NCBI GenBank assembly: GCA_964356315.1
Contig: CAYHHA010000007.1
Coordinates: forward strand, 1-61,367
Source: an uncultured Gammaproteobacteria bacterium
Lineage (GTDB): Bacteria; Patescibacteriota; Microgenomatia; UBA10105; UBA927
Direction: 5' to 3'
Length of the DNA stretch: 61,367 bases
A program made the position numbers and the translations under genes. Every line of letters starts with the position of its first letter. Position 1 is the first letter of the stretch. The notes beneath the pieces were generated by a model, which saw nothing but the letters and a program-made list of their open reading frames with translations, was not told where the DNA came from and did not search any database. Below, in pieces: positions 49,080-59,659 of the stretch.

Positions 49080-50501
49080 ATGAAACTGAACATTATTATC
49101 AAACTCTTTGTTGTCACCATAGCTATCGCAATACTGTATATTTTTTTTCAGTTTCGATCCATTGCAAACAAAACAATTATTAAAACCCAAAACAGTAAGG
49201 AAGAAGCATATACTACCCTTGAACAAAAATTATCTCACAAAAAACCATTCACCTTATTGCTACTCGGATATGCAGGAGGAAAACATGACGGTACGTACCT
49301 GACTGATTCAATGATCGCGGCCAGAATTGATCCTGCCACAAAGAATGCATATCTCATATCGATCCCTAGGGACACTTGGATATCCATACCTGGCAATGAT
49401 GGAACACAGAACCACTGGAAAATAAATGCAGCCTACCAAATAGGACTGGATGATAAAGGATTCCCAAATAAATCTCAGGAATTTACTGGACAATCAGGTG
49501 GAGCAAATCTAGTGAAATACGTGGCCAAACAAGTTATTGGACAACCTATAGATTACTTTTTCGCGATAGATTTTGCGGGATTCAAAAATACCATTGATGT
49601 ATTGGGGGGTGTCGACGTAAATGTAGAGACAACGTTTGATGATTATGCCTATCCCCTAGATACAATCCTCGACGAATCCTGCGGACATAGCAGTGAAGAA
49701 ATAGAAAAGTTTACCGCAACAGTATCTGCAGAACCGGTAATTTGGGAATATTTTTCTTGTCGATATAAGCATTTACACTTTGACAAAGGAATTACCCATA
49801 TGAATGGCACTACAGCTTTGGAATACGTGAGATCTAGACATAGTGCTGTGGATGGCTCAGATTTCGGTAGAGCAAAGAGACAAAGAAACCTCCTACTGGC
49901 AGTGAAACAAAAGATTTTATCAGCGGAGTTTATTCCTAAGATTTTGCCTTTTATGGAAAGCCTTGGGAATAATGTGAAAACTGATATCAGCATTTCAGAC
50001 ATTCAAGCTATTTTAAAGCACATAAATGAATTTGATGCGTACCAAATTCATACATTCGCCCTTACTGATAAAAATTATCTCAATATCACGACAGCATCGA
50101 ACGGAGCCTCGATACTAGCGTCAAAAGAAGGTATCGATAATTGGTCAAAAATTCATTCTTGGGTATCGGATATATTTGCAGGAAAACCAGAGCAAACACC
50201 GATGATAGTACGGGTGGAAAATGGTACCAAAAAATCAGGCTTGGCGATAAAAGTGACGGAGGCATTACAAAATGCCTCTATTCAAACCGTTGATCCCGTC
50301 AACAGTAAGGAAAAATCCGAAACAACGACGATAACAGTCTATAACAAGTCTCTAAAACCAACGGATCTTGCAATCTTGCTCAAGATGTTCAATGTGAAAT
50401 CCGTATCTTATGAGACCCAAATCAGTGATGAATACAATGTAAAAGTAGTGATTGGCGCAAACTATATTCAGGAAACGACCACAGACGCACAGCCACAATA
50501 A
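49080..50501 (+). CDS. LCP (LytR-CpsA-Psr) family protein with LytR C-terminal domain
   Basis: TDS, SIPRD, KINAAY, YVRSR, DFGR..RQ, NGT...GLA. Confidence 0.92.
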   Translation: MKLNIIIKLFVVTIAIAILYIFFQFRSIANKTIIKTQNSKEEAYTTLEQKLSHKKPFTLLLLGYAGGKHDGTYLTDSMIAARIDPATKNAYLISIPRDTWISIPGNDGTQNHWKINAAYQIGLDDKGFPNKSQEFTGQSGGANLVKYVAKQVIGQPIDYFFAIDFAGFKNTIDVLGGVDVNVETTFDDYAYPLDTILDESCGHSSEEIEKFTATVSAEPVIWEYFSCRYKHLHFDKGITHMNGTTALEYVRSRHSAVDGSDFGRAKRQRNLLLAVKQKILSAEFIPKILPFMESLGNNVKTDISISDIQAILKHINEFDAYQIHTFALTDKNYLNITTASNGASILASKEGIDNWSKIHSWVSDIFAGKPEQTPMIVRVENGTKKSGLAIKVTEALQNASIQTVDPVNSKEKSETTTITVYNKSLKPTDLAILLKMFNVKSVSYETQISDEYNVKVVIGANYIQETTTDAQPQ

Positions 50502-50536
50502 TTCGAGCAATAACGATTGTATGGTAAATCAGTTCA

Positions 50537-50566
50537 TTGACAAACGCAACTAAGTTGCGTTAGTAT
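50537..50566 (+). promoter_or_regulatory. Promoter with 9-1-9 palindromic operator (candidate Zur/Fur box)
   Basis: TTGACA, then aacgcaact-a-agttgcgtt (50543-50561), then TAGTAT. Confidence 0.8.
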
Positions 50567-50572
50567 ACCTAC

Positions 50573-50983
50573 ATGGTTACGAATGAGACTGAACTGATTG
50601 TAAAAAAAGCCGGACTGAGAAACACAAAGGTCCGGAAGCTATGCATATCTCAGTTCCTATCTGCCACGGGTCCGATAGACGCGACGCTTCTCATAGACAA
50701 ATTGCAGGTAAATAAAACTACGGTGTATCGGGAGCTTGCAACTCTTGTGTCCAAAGGTATACTGTCAGAAATTGATTTTGGTGATGGTAAAAAACGGTAT
50801 GAACTTTCAACGTTATCACACCATCATCATTTGGTTTGTGTAAAGTGCAAATCTGTCTCTGAATATAAGGTTGAGACAGACTTGAGTCTTGAAGAAAAGA
50901 ATATTCAACGAAATTTCTCATTTACAGTTCAAAAACATACACTGGAGTTTTTTGGAATCTGCAGATCATGTACAGCACTATGA
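50573..50983 (+). CDS. Fur-family regulator, probably Zur
   Basis: TTVYR.L, HHHHLVC..C, C-terminal CxxC; ZIP gene downstream. Confidence 0.9.
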   Translation: MVTNETELIVKKAGLRNTKVRKLCISQFLSATGPIDATLLIDKLQVNKTTVYRELATLVSKGILSEIDFGDGKKRYELSTLSHHHHLVCVKCKSVSEYKVETDLSLEEKNIQRNFSFTVQKHTLEFFGICRSCTAL

Positions 50984-51720
50984 ATATAGTATTTGCACTC
51001 ATGGCAGTTTTTATTGTAAGTCTTTTATCCCTATTAGGCGCTGGGTTATTGGTATTTGGCAGAATAAAATTGCAAAAAATTATGAGTCCACTGATCGCAC
51101 TATCTTCAGGGGTGCTACTCGGAAGTACATTTTTTGACCTTATTCCTGAAAGCATTGAACAAATACCAAAAGAAACATTTAGTATTATTCTACTGGGAAT
51201 AATCGCTTTTTTTTCACTGGAAAAATTATTAAATTGGCATCATCATATAGATGGAGACCACGCTGGAGATACAAAAATTGCGGGATATCTTTCCCTTATA
51301 GGTGATGGGATTCATAATTTTATTGATGGCGTTGTCATTGGTGGAGCATTTCTAACATCTATCCCTTTGGGCATATCCGTCACACTTGCTGTTATAGCTC
51401 ACGAAATCCCTCACGAACTAGCTGATTTCACTATACTTCTCCATAGCGGTTTCTCAAATAAAAAAGCTTTACTATTTAATTTTTTATCGGCGACAACTGC
51501 CATACTCGGAACATGCATAACACTTGCGCTAGGATCATTTGCTCACACAATAATTCCCTATCTTATTCCCTTTGCAGCGGGAAATTTTCTCTATATTGCG
51601 ATGAGTGATTTGATTCCGGAATTGCATCATAAAAAATCTAAAGGAGAATCGTTATTCCAGATATTTGCTCTTATCCTAGGAACAGTGCTTATTAAATATC
51701 TCTCTGGAAGCAGTCATTGA
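50980..51720 (+). CDS. ZIP-family metal (zinc) transporter
   Basis: HNFIDG, HEIPHE. Confidence 0.92.
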   Translation: MNIVFALMAVFIVSLLSLLGAGLLVFGRIKLQKIMSPLIALSSGVLLGSTFFDLIPESIEQIPKETFSIILLGIIAFFSLEKLLNWHHHIDGDHAGDTKIAGYLSLIGDGIHNFIDGVVIGGAFLTSIPLGISVTLAVIAHEIPHELADFTILLHSGFSNKKALLFNFLSATTAILGTCITLALGSFAHTIIPYLIPFAAGNFLYIAMSDLIPELHHKKSKGESLFQIFALILGTVLIKYLSGSSH

Positions 51721-51729
51721 TTGACCAGT

Positions 51730-52905
51730 CTATTGGCTGTAACCGAATATATACAATTCCTCTTGGGCTCGGGTAACAGCGGTATACAACCATCTACACC
51801 AATCATCGTCTGTCATTTTTGGGAATCGTTCCTCCATAAGAATTACTCTTTTGGCTTGACTTCCCTGGGCTTTATGAACTGTAAGAGCATACCCGAAATC
51901 AAACAAATCTCCTTGTTTTGAAAGGGCGCGGTTGGAAGTGAAATTGAGTGATTCCTGTGCATTAAATTGCTCCTTATATATACGTCCTGTGTACATAATT
52001 TCATCTCCATCCATTTGGATTTCTGCATCATACCAAAGAGGATCCGACTGACTGATACGAACTATTGTTCCTAGCATACCGTTATAAATCTTTTTTTTAT
52101 GATTATTTCTAAGACATATCACCCTGTCCCCGCTCATAGGTTCAGGAGAATCAAAACCAGCTAGTGATCTCATATGGGCATTTAATTTTTTCCGAGTGGA
52201 ATTAAATCCGCACAAAAGCAACGTTTCTGAAGCATTCGATGATAATAATTCACCCAAGGCTTCCTGTGAATCAGATTCTGATCTATTGTATTTTATGACT
52301 GTTTTTCCGTATCTCCCTAAAGGAATAAACCCTTTTGTGCGAGCATGTATAGATACGTCTATAATTGGATTACCTTTTGACTGCCTGTGAATTTCTTCCA
52401 ATTTTAAATCTGTTTTTTGCATGAGATTGAAGTTCCCTGCGATAGGAGGCAATTGACCATGGTCTCCAACAACGACCATTGGTTTCCCAAATTTTTTTAA
52501 ATGTTCCCAAATGACCCCATCTACCATTGAAGCCTCATCGATAATGATGAGATCACATTCAATTTCATCTTTTTGACTCCAACCGATAATTTCCTCGTTA
52601 CTGTTAACTACCGGTGAATATATGAGTGAGTGAATAGTGCCAACAGAGTCATTTTTATATATCGCGACTGTTTGAGCAAGCGTAATTGCAAGCACTCTAG
52701 CGGCCTTCCCAGTGAAACTCACAAATGCGACTCGAATTCCTTTATTTTTCTTTTCTAGTTCCTGACGAAAGTAGGATATAAGAGTTGTCTTCCCGCTCCC
52801 CGCATACCCTCCTAAGGTCACATACTGCATCGAGGTTCTGTCTTTCTCATGCCATTCTAGGAGAGCGTCCAATGCAATTTTCTGATCTTGTGAGAGTTCT
52901 TCCAT
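51730..52905 (-). CDS. Compact RecD/Dda-like SF1B helicase
   Basis: GYAGSGKT, DEASM, GDHGQLPP, HKAQGS, YTAVTRA. Confidence 0.88.
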   Translation of the reverse strand: MEELSQDQKIALDALLEWHEKDRTSMQYVTLGGYAGSGKTTLISYFRQELEKKNKGIRVAFVSFTGKAARVLAITLAQTVAIYKNDSVGTIHSLIYSPVVNSNEEIIGWSQKDEIECDLIIIDEASMVDGVIWEHLKKFGKPMVVVGDHGQLPPIAGNFNLMQKTDLKLEEIHRQSKGNPIIDVSIHARTKGFIPLGRYGKTVIKYNRSESDSQEALGELLSSNASETLLLCGFNSTRKKLNAHMRSLAGFDSPEPMSGDRVICLRNNHKKKIYNGMLGTIVRISQSDPLWYDAEIQMDGDEIMYTGRIYKEQFNAQESLNFTSNRALSKQGDLFDFGYALTVHKAQGSQAKRVILMEERFPKMTDDDWCRWLYTAVTRAQEELYIFGYSQ

Positions 52906-52967
52906 AACAGTTAACTATACTACAAACGATATGGTAATTTATTGGTTTATTGTATAGTATCGATAGA

Positions 52968-53273
52968 ATGATAACTATTCCTGTAAAACATCTTTCAACG
53001 TTCAAAGAGGCAACCATAGGATTGATTCACTCTAAAGTCGCTTACCCAGTATATTTTCAAACTAGATACGGCATTCATACATTTGGCATGAAGTTTCCGA
53101 TAGATGTACTGATCCTCAATGATGATTTTATCGTTACGCGAATAAAAAAATTATCTTGCAATGCGATATTTTTTTGGCCACCTATATATCGCCATGTGAT
53201 TGAACTTCCAGAAAATTATATTCAATCAAATACGATCGCAATAGGAGATAAAGTCACGGTTTTATGTGTATAA
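52968..53273 (+). CDS. DUF192-like protein
   Basis: IHTFGMKFPIDV, VIELP. Confidence 0.8.
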   Translation: MITIPVKHLSTFKEATIGLIHSKVAYPVYFQTRYGIHTFGMKFPIDVLILNDDFIVTRIKKLSCNAIFFWPPIYRHVIELPENYIQSNTIAIGDKVTVLCV

Positions 53274-53276
53274 TAC

Positions 53277-53636
53277 TCACTGCGTAAGCATTCGCATGCT
53301 AACGAGAAATAGCGCTGCACCAAATATCCTCGTGATAAGTTTTGTAGGCAATTGTGTTCCAATTTGACCCCCGATGAGCCCTCCAATAATAAAGCCTATA
53401 CATATTAGACCTGCGATTTTGACATCAACATAGCCTTGTTTATAATATGCCCAAGCAGCAAATATGCCGACTGGGGGTATCAACAAGGCAAGAGTGGTTC
53501 CCTGAGCGGTTTGTTGTGATAGTCCAAATATATACACCAAAGCTGGGATGATGATAATCCCTCCACCAATGCCGATAATTCCGCTCAGAATACCGGCGAT
53601 CAACCCTAAAATAATAAAACCAATAATATACACCAT
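53277..53636 (-). CDS. Half-size TauE/SafE (TSUP) family membrane protein
   Basis: GIGGG...IPAL, AQGTTL. Confidence 0.85.
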   Translation of the reverse strand: MVYIIGFIILGLIAGILSGIIGIGGGIIIIPALVYIFGLSQQTAQGTTLALLIPPVGIFAAWAYYKQGYVDVKIAGLICIGFIIGGLIGGQIGTQLPTKLITRIFGAALFLVSMRMLTQ

Positions 53637-53650
53637 TGTGAATTTACCCG

Positions 53651-53848
53651 TTACTCTGTATAACTTTCTAAATATCCACACGCCTTACACCTATATGTGG
53701 TCACAGGAAGAGCATTGTCCAAACCAATACCAAGTATATGAATTCCTGTCCCCCAGTTTTGTCGTGTTTGATGGCCAAAATTTTCCTTATCTCCTATGAA
53801 TCCCTTTTGCATAAGACCCTGACACTTTGGACAAATTTTTTCCTTCAT
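53651..53848 (-). CDS. Small zinc-ribbon protein
   Basis: CPKC...M..G and C..CGY.E.Y. Confidence 0.75.
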   Translation of the reverse strand: MKEKICPKCQGLMQKGFIGDKENFGHQTRQNWGTGIHILGIGLDNALPVTTYRCKACGYLESYTE

Positions 53849-53876
53849 AAAGACATGATATCATACAATAATATAT

Positions 53877-53910
53877 CTTAACCTAGAGTTAATCTTTCCT
53901 ATGCTAGTCT
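53877..53910 (+). promoter_or_regulatory. CTTAA-N6-(G/C)TT(A/C)A-N12-(-10) box, copy 1
   Basis: cttaa-cctaga-gttaa-12 nt-tagtct. Confidence 0.55.
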
Positions 53911-53932
53911 ACTAGAAAGAAATGGAGAACTC

Positions 53933-54628
53933 ATGAATCCTATGTTCATAGAATTACTTAAACAAGTTATTATTGCATTTGCTGGCATTTCCATCATCGG
54001 GGCTACCGTCGCAACTGGAACAATTGGAGCTTCGAATCTCGTATCTTCATTTACCAAAAATGAGCATAAAATTGCACAGGTTCAAGCTGACAATTCTGAA
54101 AACTCTAATAACGAGATTGCAAACTCACCAGAAGGCGCAGTTGCAGTGAAAATAACATCACCTGGAACCATAAAACCAACAGCTCCTACAATTGCAAAAA
54201 AAACAACACTAGTCATTACTGCTCCCACAACCAATCCTTCACCAACCAAAGCACCACAACCAGCTTCAGGGTGTATTATTACCCTATCTGGACAACAGTA
54301 CGATGTAACATCCCTTCAACAGTCCCACAGTGGTGGAAATATTTTTTCTTGCGGAACTGACATGTCAAGTATGTACCAGGGAAAACATGGATCCAGTTTG
54401 TCTCGAATGCAAAAATACCTTGTTACATCTGGTGGAACAAATCCTAGTGCAACAGGAGCAAACACGACCGGAAATAATCCACCACAATCTGGAGCCACAG
54501 GAACCAGTGGAACATCTACTGTCTCATCAAGAGATTCAGAGCATGAGAGTGAACATGAGTCAAGGGAGCATGAAATGGAAAAGGTACTTGAAGCCGCAAA
54601 AAAAGAACTAGAAAACGAAGATGACTAG
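53933..54628 (+). CDS. Membrane-anchored cytochrome b5-like heme-binding protein
   Basis: C.I...G..YDVT....HSGG....CGTD......H. Confidence 0.8.
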   Translation: MNPMFIELLKQVIIAFAGISIIGATVATGTIGASNLVSSFTKNEHKIAQVQADNSENSNNEIANSPEGAVAVKITSPGTIKPTAPTIAKKTTLVITAPTTNPSPTKAPQPASGCIITLSGQQYDVTSLQQSHSGGNIFSCGTDMSSMYQGKHGSSLSRMQKYLVTSGGTNPSATGANTTGNNPPQSGATGTSGTSTVSSRDSEHESEHESREHEMEKVLEAAKKELENEDD

Positions 54629-54653
54629 CTTTTAATCATGATACAATATCTCC

Positions 54654-55325
54654 ATGCGAATACTTCTTATTGAAGATGAAAAAACGATTGCGGAAAATAT
54701 TCAAAAATTCTTTTCTAAATCGTCAATATCTGTAGACATAGAATCTTCTATCGAAGATGGGAGATTCCAAGCAGAATCAGAAAATTACGACGCGTATATC
54801 ATAGATTGGATGCTTCCTGATGGAGATGGAGTGAAACTAGCATCTGAAATTCGAAAAATTAAATCCACTCCAATTCTCATATTGACCGCGAAAAATCAAA
54901 CTGAAGATACGATTCATGCATTAAATTCAGGCGCAGACGACTATGTGACTAAACCATTTTCCCTGGCAGAATTACTTGCACGAATACATGCTCTCATAAG
55001 AAGAAAGAATGGTCCGAGCATTGCTCCGAAGATAGAAATTAATGAAGTAGAAATAGATACAAATGCGAGAATTGTTAAGGTTAACAGTAAGGAAATTTCT
55101 TTTGCCCCGAGAGAATATTTATTGTTAGAATATCTTGCACTGCATCCGAATATTGCCATAGATCGAATGGATCTTTTGTCTCATGTCTGGGGAGATGCGA
55201 TAGACCCACTTTCAAATACCGTTGATGTGCATATCAGATACATTCGTTCTAAATTAGGAGAAGATATTGCAAAAAGACTTATCCAAACGGTAAAGGGAAA
55301 AGGGTATATGTTATGCACAAATTAA
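54654..55325 (+). CDS. OmpR-family response regulator
   Basis: MRILLIEDE, DWMLP, GADDYVTKPF. Confidence 0.95.
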   Translation: MRILLIEDEKTIAENIQKFFSKSSISVDIESSIEDGRFQAESENYDAYIIDWMLPDGDGVKLASEIRKIKSTPILILTAKNQTEDTIHALNSGADDYVTKPFSLAELLARIHALIRRKNGPSIAPKIEINEVEIDTNARIVKVNSKEISFAPREYLLLEYLALHPNIAIDRMDLLSHVWGDAIDPLSNTVDVHIRYIRSKLGEDIAKRLIQTVKGKGYMLCTN

Positions 55326-56725
55326 CGACAAAGCAGAGATTATCTGTACAATTTGGCTCGTATGTATTCGGCTTTATCGTCATCATGGCGATAGCAGTAT
55401 ATTATTTTTTCCAAGCGGTTATCATATCGGAAATAAAGAACCAATCTATATATATCGCAAACGAAATAATTAAAAATTTTATCTCGATTAATTCAGAAGC
55501 TCTTTCCCTTCGGCAAAAAGAGCAAACAAATTTAGAAGAAGAGCTTGCGGAAACAAATACGTCTGCACTCCTTTTTGATACCAGCCTAAAGGTATTATTT
55601 GGACACGGAAACTTCAGTTTTTTCACCGGACAGGATACCGAATCGGCGAAAAAGATTATTTCTCTCGCAAAAAAAACATTAGAATCATCTCAACTCACAA
55701 GCTCAAAATTATTGTGGAGAAATCAGGAAATGTTCATCACCGCTGTGCCTGTGTTAAATGGATCAACTCTGTATGGAGTAATTATCATAGGTAAGCCTAT
55801 TGCCTCTATCACGAAATTAAATAATACTCTTTTACTTTCGTTTATCCTTTTTTCTGTATCAAGCTTTATAGGAAGTGTGATTCTGGGAAATATCATTGTA
55901 CGAAACGCCTTAAAGCCAATTCAAGACCTCACAAAAACTATTCATTCAATAAATTTAGAAACATTAACTTCTGCCAAACAAATTCCCGGCCCCGCTAATG
56001 ATGAAATTGTACAGTTGGTCAATAAATTCAACACAATGGTCGAACGTATACGCGGAATGTCTCAGCAACAAAAAGATTTTATTTCCAATGCATCGCACGA
56101 ACTTAAAACACCGATATCTTCTATAATTTCTTCTTTAGAATTATTATCTCTGGATGCCCCAAGCCACGTCGAAAAACTGAATGAGTTGCAGGAAAAATTA
56201 TTTTCTATCAGTACGCTTTTGGATCAATTGATGCAACTAAGCAAGCTACAAAGTGGAATTGTCCCTATTTCGGAAAATATACCAATTGAAAGTACAATTT
56301 CTCATATCTTAAAGCAATATCATAAAGAGATTGAAAAAAAACAACTACTTGTTCAACAGCAGATTTCACAATCCGAAACGATACCTTTGCCGAAGGAGTA
56401 CGCAGTATTATTATTTTCGAATATAATCTCAAATGGCATTAAATATTCATACCCAAAGACCACTCTATCTATTTCTTTATCTGACTCTAACAATCATATA
56501 CATATAGCCATCACGAATCACGGTCCAGGAATGACGGAAAACGAAATATCACATATATTCGATAAATTTTATCGAGGTCATGAGGCAAAGCGCCAAGCGA
56601 AAGGATATGGAATTGGTCTTTCTATCGTAGAGCGAATCTGTGAAATATACAATATAAAAATTTCGATTTCGTCGGTAAAAGATTCTCACACAACGGTACA
56701 ACTGTCATTTAAGAAATCGGTCTAA
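55313..56725 (+). CDS. HAMP-containing sensor histidine kinase
   Basis: Two TMs, SHELKTP, NGIKY, GYGIGL. Confidence 0.93.
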   Translation: MHKLTTKQRLSVQFGSYVFGFIVIMAIAVYYFFQAVIISEIKNQSIYIANEIIKNFISINSEALSLRQKEQTNLEEELAETNTSALLFDTSLKVLFGHGNFSFFTGQDTESAKKIISLAKKTLESSQLTSSKLLWRNQEMFITAVPVLNGSTLYGVIIIGKPIASITKLNNTLLLSFILFSVSSFIGSVILGNIIVRNALKPIQDLTKTIHSINLETLTSAKQIPGPANDEIVQLVNKFNTMVERIRGMSQQQKDFISNASHELKTPISSIISSLELLSLDAPSHVEKLNELQEKLFSISTLLDQLMQLSKLQSGIVPISENIPIESTISHILKQYHKEIEKKQLLVQQQISQSETIPLPKEYAVLLFSNIISNGIKYSYPKTTLSISLSDSNNHIHIAITNHGPGMTENEISHIFDKFYRGHEAKRQAKGYGIGLSIVERICEIYNIKISISSVKDSHTTVQLSFKKSV

Positions 56726-57165
56726 ATTTGGTAGCGACTCATTTTTTTTAACATTTCTGCATTGTGTTGACCATAAAAAATTGCAGTCATATCTGACCCA
56801 CAATTGAAGACATCTCCCCCGCTATGAGTTGATTTGAATTGAGACACATCGTATGAAACACTGTCGACAGCAACAATACACCGCGTATCTACCACAGGGG
56901 CCTGTGTAATCGTAGGCTCTACTAGGATAGGAGCTGAGATTATTTGAGACTGAGCTTCTTTGTTCTTTATGACTGAGGGGGTACTAACTACTTGAATATT
57001 TTTTTCACTATTTTTTGTTAGCTGAATAGATTCTACAGGAATAGTTGAAGGATTTTTTGGCATTTGGACATATATATACACAGAATATCCGGCCATACCA
57101 TAGACAAAAACATAGCATACCGTTGTAAACACTTTTAAAAGTGAATCAGTAGGAAAATTCTTCAT
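56722..57165 (-). CDS. Membrane-anchored cytochrome b5-like protein
   Basis: CIV.....YDVS....HSGG....CGSD......H. Confidence 0.8.
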   Translation of the reverse strand: MKNFPTDSLLKVFTTVCYVFVYGMAGYSVYIYVQMPKNPSTIPVESIQLTKNSEKNIQVVSTPSVIKNKEAQSQIISAPILVEPTITQAPVVDTRCIVAVDSVSYDVSQFKSTHSGGDVFNCGSDMTAIFYGQHNAEMLKKMSRYQI

Positions 57166-58432
57166 AAAATATCATACGAGGGTGAATCCCTGCAGCATGT
57201 AATTGCTGCTTTATAGTTTTCATCATGGCAGATGGTCCGCAAAGCAAATACATAGTATTTTTTGTATTTCCTGTACTTTTTAAAATATCTTGACCTGTTA
57301 GTCTAGGCGAAGTTTCTGTGACCGTAAGATGATATGTCATGTTTTCTTTAGAGACAGGGAGGACAGATTCCAGTGTTAAATCTTCGATATCTGAATTTGA
57401 CCGCACACTATAGAACAAGTGAAAAGATGTAGATGGTAATTTATGCACAAACTCTCGAAGCATACCTAGAAATGGAGTAACTCCGATTCCACCTGCAATA
57501 CATACCACAGAATCTTTGACAAAAATTTTCTCATGCAATAAACCGTATGGTCCATACACAAGCGCCTTATCCCCTTCTTTGAGATCTATAAGATCGGTAG
57601 TAAAGTCGCCAACTGGCTTAATCCACAACTCTATATGATCATCACTAGGAACCGAAACGATAGAAAATGGATGTGTTTCTTTTTTATATCCATCCCTTTG
57701 AAACCCGATATACACAAATTGGCCAGGAACATAAGACAATTTTCTACCATTTGTGATGAGCTTCAATAATACCCATCCGTTTTTAGAACGTTTTATAGAA
57801 GAAATGTTGTATACATGTTTTGGACCCACAAGGGAATAGAGAAGTTGTCTATAGATAAACGAAAAAATGCCCAATCCAAAAAACGATAATATATACACCC
57901 TCAATGGAAGATATCTGGAGATATCGCTTTCTATAAACAACGAATGCAACAACCCAAACATAAACGAAATGATAAAAAATGTTTGAACTCTAACAAAAAG
58001 TTGATATTCGAGCTTAGCAAATATCACGAGTGCTAAGATAAAAGCTAAAGACCAAAAAGATAATATTCCCGCTGTATACGCAAGAGTATTTGAAGGAAAG
58101 AGAATATTTGATAACATAACTGGAACATTTATGTACTGAACCAATAGACACATAAAGTGAATTGAGAAAAGCATAAATGAAATCCTGCCCAAACGCTGAT
58201 GAGTGCGATATACCTGATCAAGACTTCCAAACATATACTCCAATATTCCAAGCCTACTTGATAAGAAGAACGTAATAGAATATACGACAACCCCAAGAAG
58301 CCCGCTCAACTGAGATATGGACACTAAAGGCCTTGTCAAAATTGATGAAATATCCGACTTCGAAAGTAAAAATAGCTCTATACAAAACAATAGAGACATC
58401 CCAATGAACATTGATCCATATCGAGATTTCAT
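57146..58432 (-). CDS. Ferric-reductase-like membrane flavocytochrome
   Basis: TM His residues; PGQF, HPFSI, GPYG, AGGIGVTP, CGP, EEF. Confidence 0.88.
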   Translation of the reverse strand: MKSRYGSMFIGMSLLFCIELFLLSKSDISSILTRPLVSISQLSGLLGVVVYSITFFLSSRLGILEYMFGSLDQVYRTHQRLGRISFMLFSIHFMCLLVQYINVPVMLSNILFPSNTLAYTAGILSFWSLAFILALVIFAKLEYQLFVRVQTFFIISFMFGLLHSLFIESDISRYLPLRVYILSFFGLGIFSFIYRQLLYSLVGPKHVYNISSIKRSKNGWVLLKLITNGRKLSYVPGQFVYIGFQRDGYKKETHPFSIVSVPSDDHIELWIKPVGDFTTDLIDLKEGDKALVYGPYGLLHEKIFVKDSVVCIAGGIGVTPFLGMLREFVHKLPSTSFHLFYSVRSNSDIEDLTLESVLPVSKENMTYHLTVTETSPRLTGQDILKSTGNTKNTMYLLCGPSAMMKTIKQQLHAAGIHPRMIFYEEFSY

Positions 58433-58791
58433 AATAGTAATTTTCCTATGATCGGGTATTTTTTCTTAACAATAGATCCCCCTGCTATGCGTAGCATGGC
58501 TGTAGCATCTGAACCAGCCAAAAAATGATACGGTTTTTCAGGTGCGTAAAATTCACTACCTGAAGTAATATCATATACGTCACCTTCATAGGCTAACAAT
58601 ATTTGCTGATGTTTTCCTGAACCGTCATACTGTGATAATTCCTCTTTTGTAAATATTCTCTGCGATTTTTGAGTCGTCGACACTGGCTGAACCTTCTTTG
58701 CCATGAGTACAGTGGTAGTTCTCCATACACTAACAATCGCTATAGTAATTAGAAGTAGTGGAATAAGTATATGAATATTGAGCTTTTTCAT
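58429..58791 (-). CDS. Cytochrome b5-like (MAPR-type) heme/steroid-binding protein
   Basis: FT.EEL..YDG, G.VYDIT, FY....PY. Confidence 0.82.
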   Translation of the reverse strand: MKKLNIHILIPLLLITIAIVSVWRTTTVLMAKKVQPVSTTQKSQRIFTKEELSQYDGSGKHQQILLAYEGDVYDITSGSEFYAPEKPYHFLAGSDATAMLRIAGGSIVKKKYPIIGKLLL

Positions 58792-58804
58792 ATGAATACT
58801 AATT

Positions 58805-58838
58805 ATCTTACACCATAGAAGATGAAGAATCGCTTAAG
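58805..58838 (-). promoter_or_regulatory. CTTAA-N6-(G/C)TT(A/C)A-N12-(-10) box, copy 2
   Basis: Minus strand: cttaa-gcgatt-cttca-12 nt-taagat. Confidence 0.55.
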
Positions 58839-59008
58839 AAATATCATTTTTTGGAAGCTTCTGAGAGGCACTCGACAAGGAGAAAAAGACAGCCATAAAC
58901 CAGCTCCCGATCAACGAAAGAAGTTCACTAACGACGTACATAAACAGGAAATCCTAAAAATACCTACAACTAGCTTACCCTCCCCATGCTATATCTTAAA
59001 CCCACTGA

Positions 59009-59593
59009 TCATGTTACCGGACCCAAAGGAAGAACAACTTTTTTATGAACATCATTGGCAACCTGAGCTACGGCCGTGTAAAACGCGAGCATGCCACAAA
59101 TAATTCCTTCAAATCCAGCAATCTTTGTGATCATGGCATTGCCCGTATAATCTCCTAGAGACAACAACATGAATAGCATGGTCAATGAGCCAAATACCAG
59201 CTGAAGTGCCCGATTAATTTTCAGTGTGCCGATAAAAAATGTAAATGTAAGAATTCCCCATAAGAACAGATAGTAACTCATAGATATGGGATCTGCCTCT
59301 ATGGAAAGACCAAGCTTCGGAAGTAGCCAGATTGCCACTAGACTAAGCCAGAAAAAACCATACGAGAGAAATGCTGTGGTGCCAAACGTATTTCCTTTTT
59401 TCCATTCCATACACCCTGCGACAATCTGCGCCATACCACCATAAAACAAACCCATGCCGATAATCATGGAATTTATCGGAAAAAATCCTGCATTGTGAAG
59501 GTTTAAAAGAATTGTGGTAAGGCCAAATCCCAAAAGCCCAAGTGGGGCCGGATTTGCGGTTGTATCTTTTATAATAGTTGTAGTTTCAGCCAT
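59009..59593 (-). CDS. satP: Acetate/succinate transporter (GPR1/FUN34/YaaH family)
   Basis: [27 protein letters not shown]. Confidence 0.93.
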   Translation of the reverse strand: MAETTTIIKDTTANPAPLGLLGFGLTTILLNLHNAGFFPINSMIIGMGLFYGGMAQIVAGCMEWKKGNTFGTTAFLSYGFFWLSLVAIWLLPKLGLSIEADPISMSYYLFLWGILTFTFFIGTLKINRALQLVFGSLTMLFMLLSLGDYTGNAMITKIAGFEGIICGMLAFYTAVAQVANDVHKKVVLPLGPVT

Positions 59594-59659
59594 AGGCAGG
59601 TCTATATCTAGTAAGACATATATGAGGGTACGATGTCAACGATAGAACCCTTAAATAGA

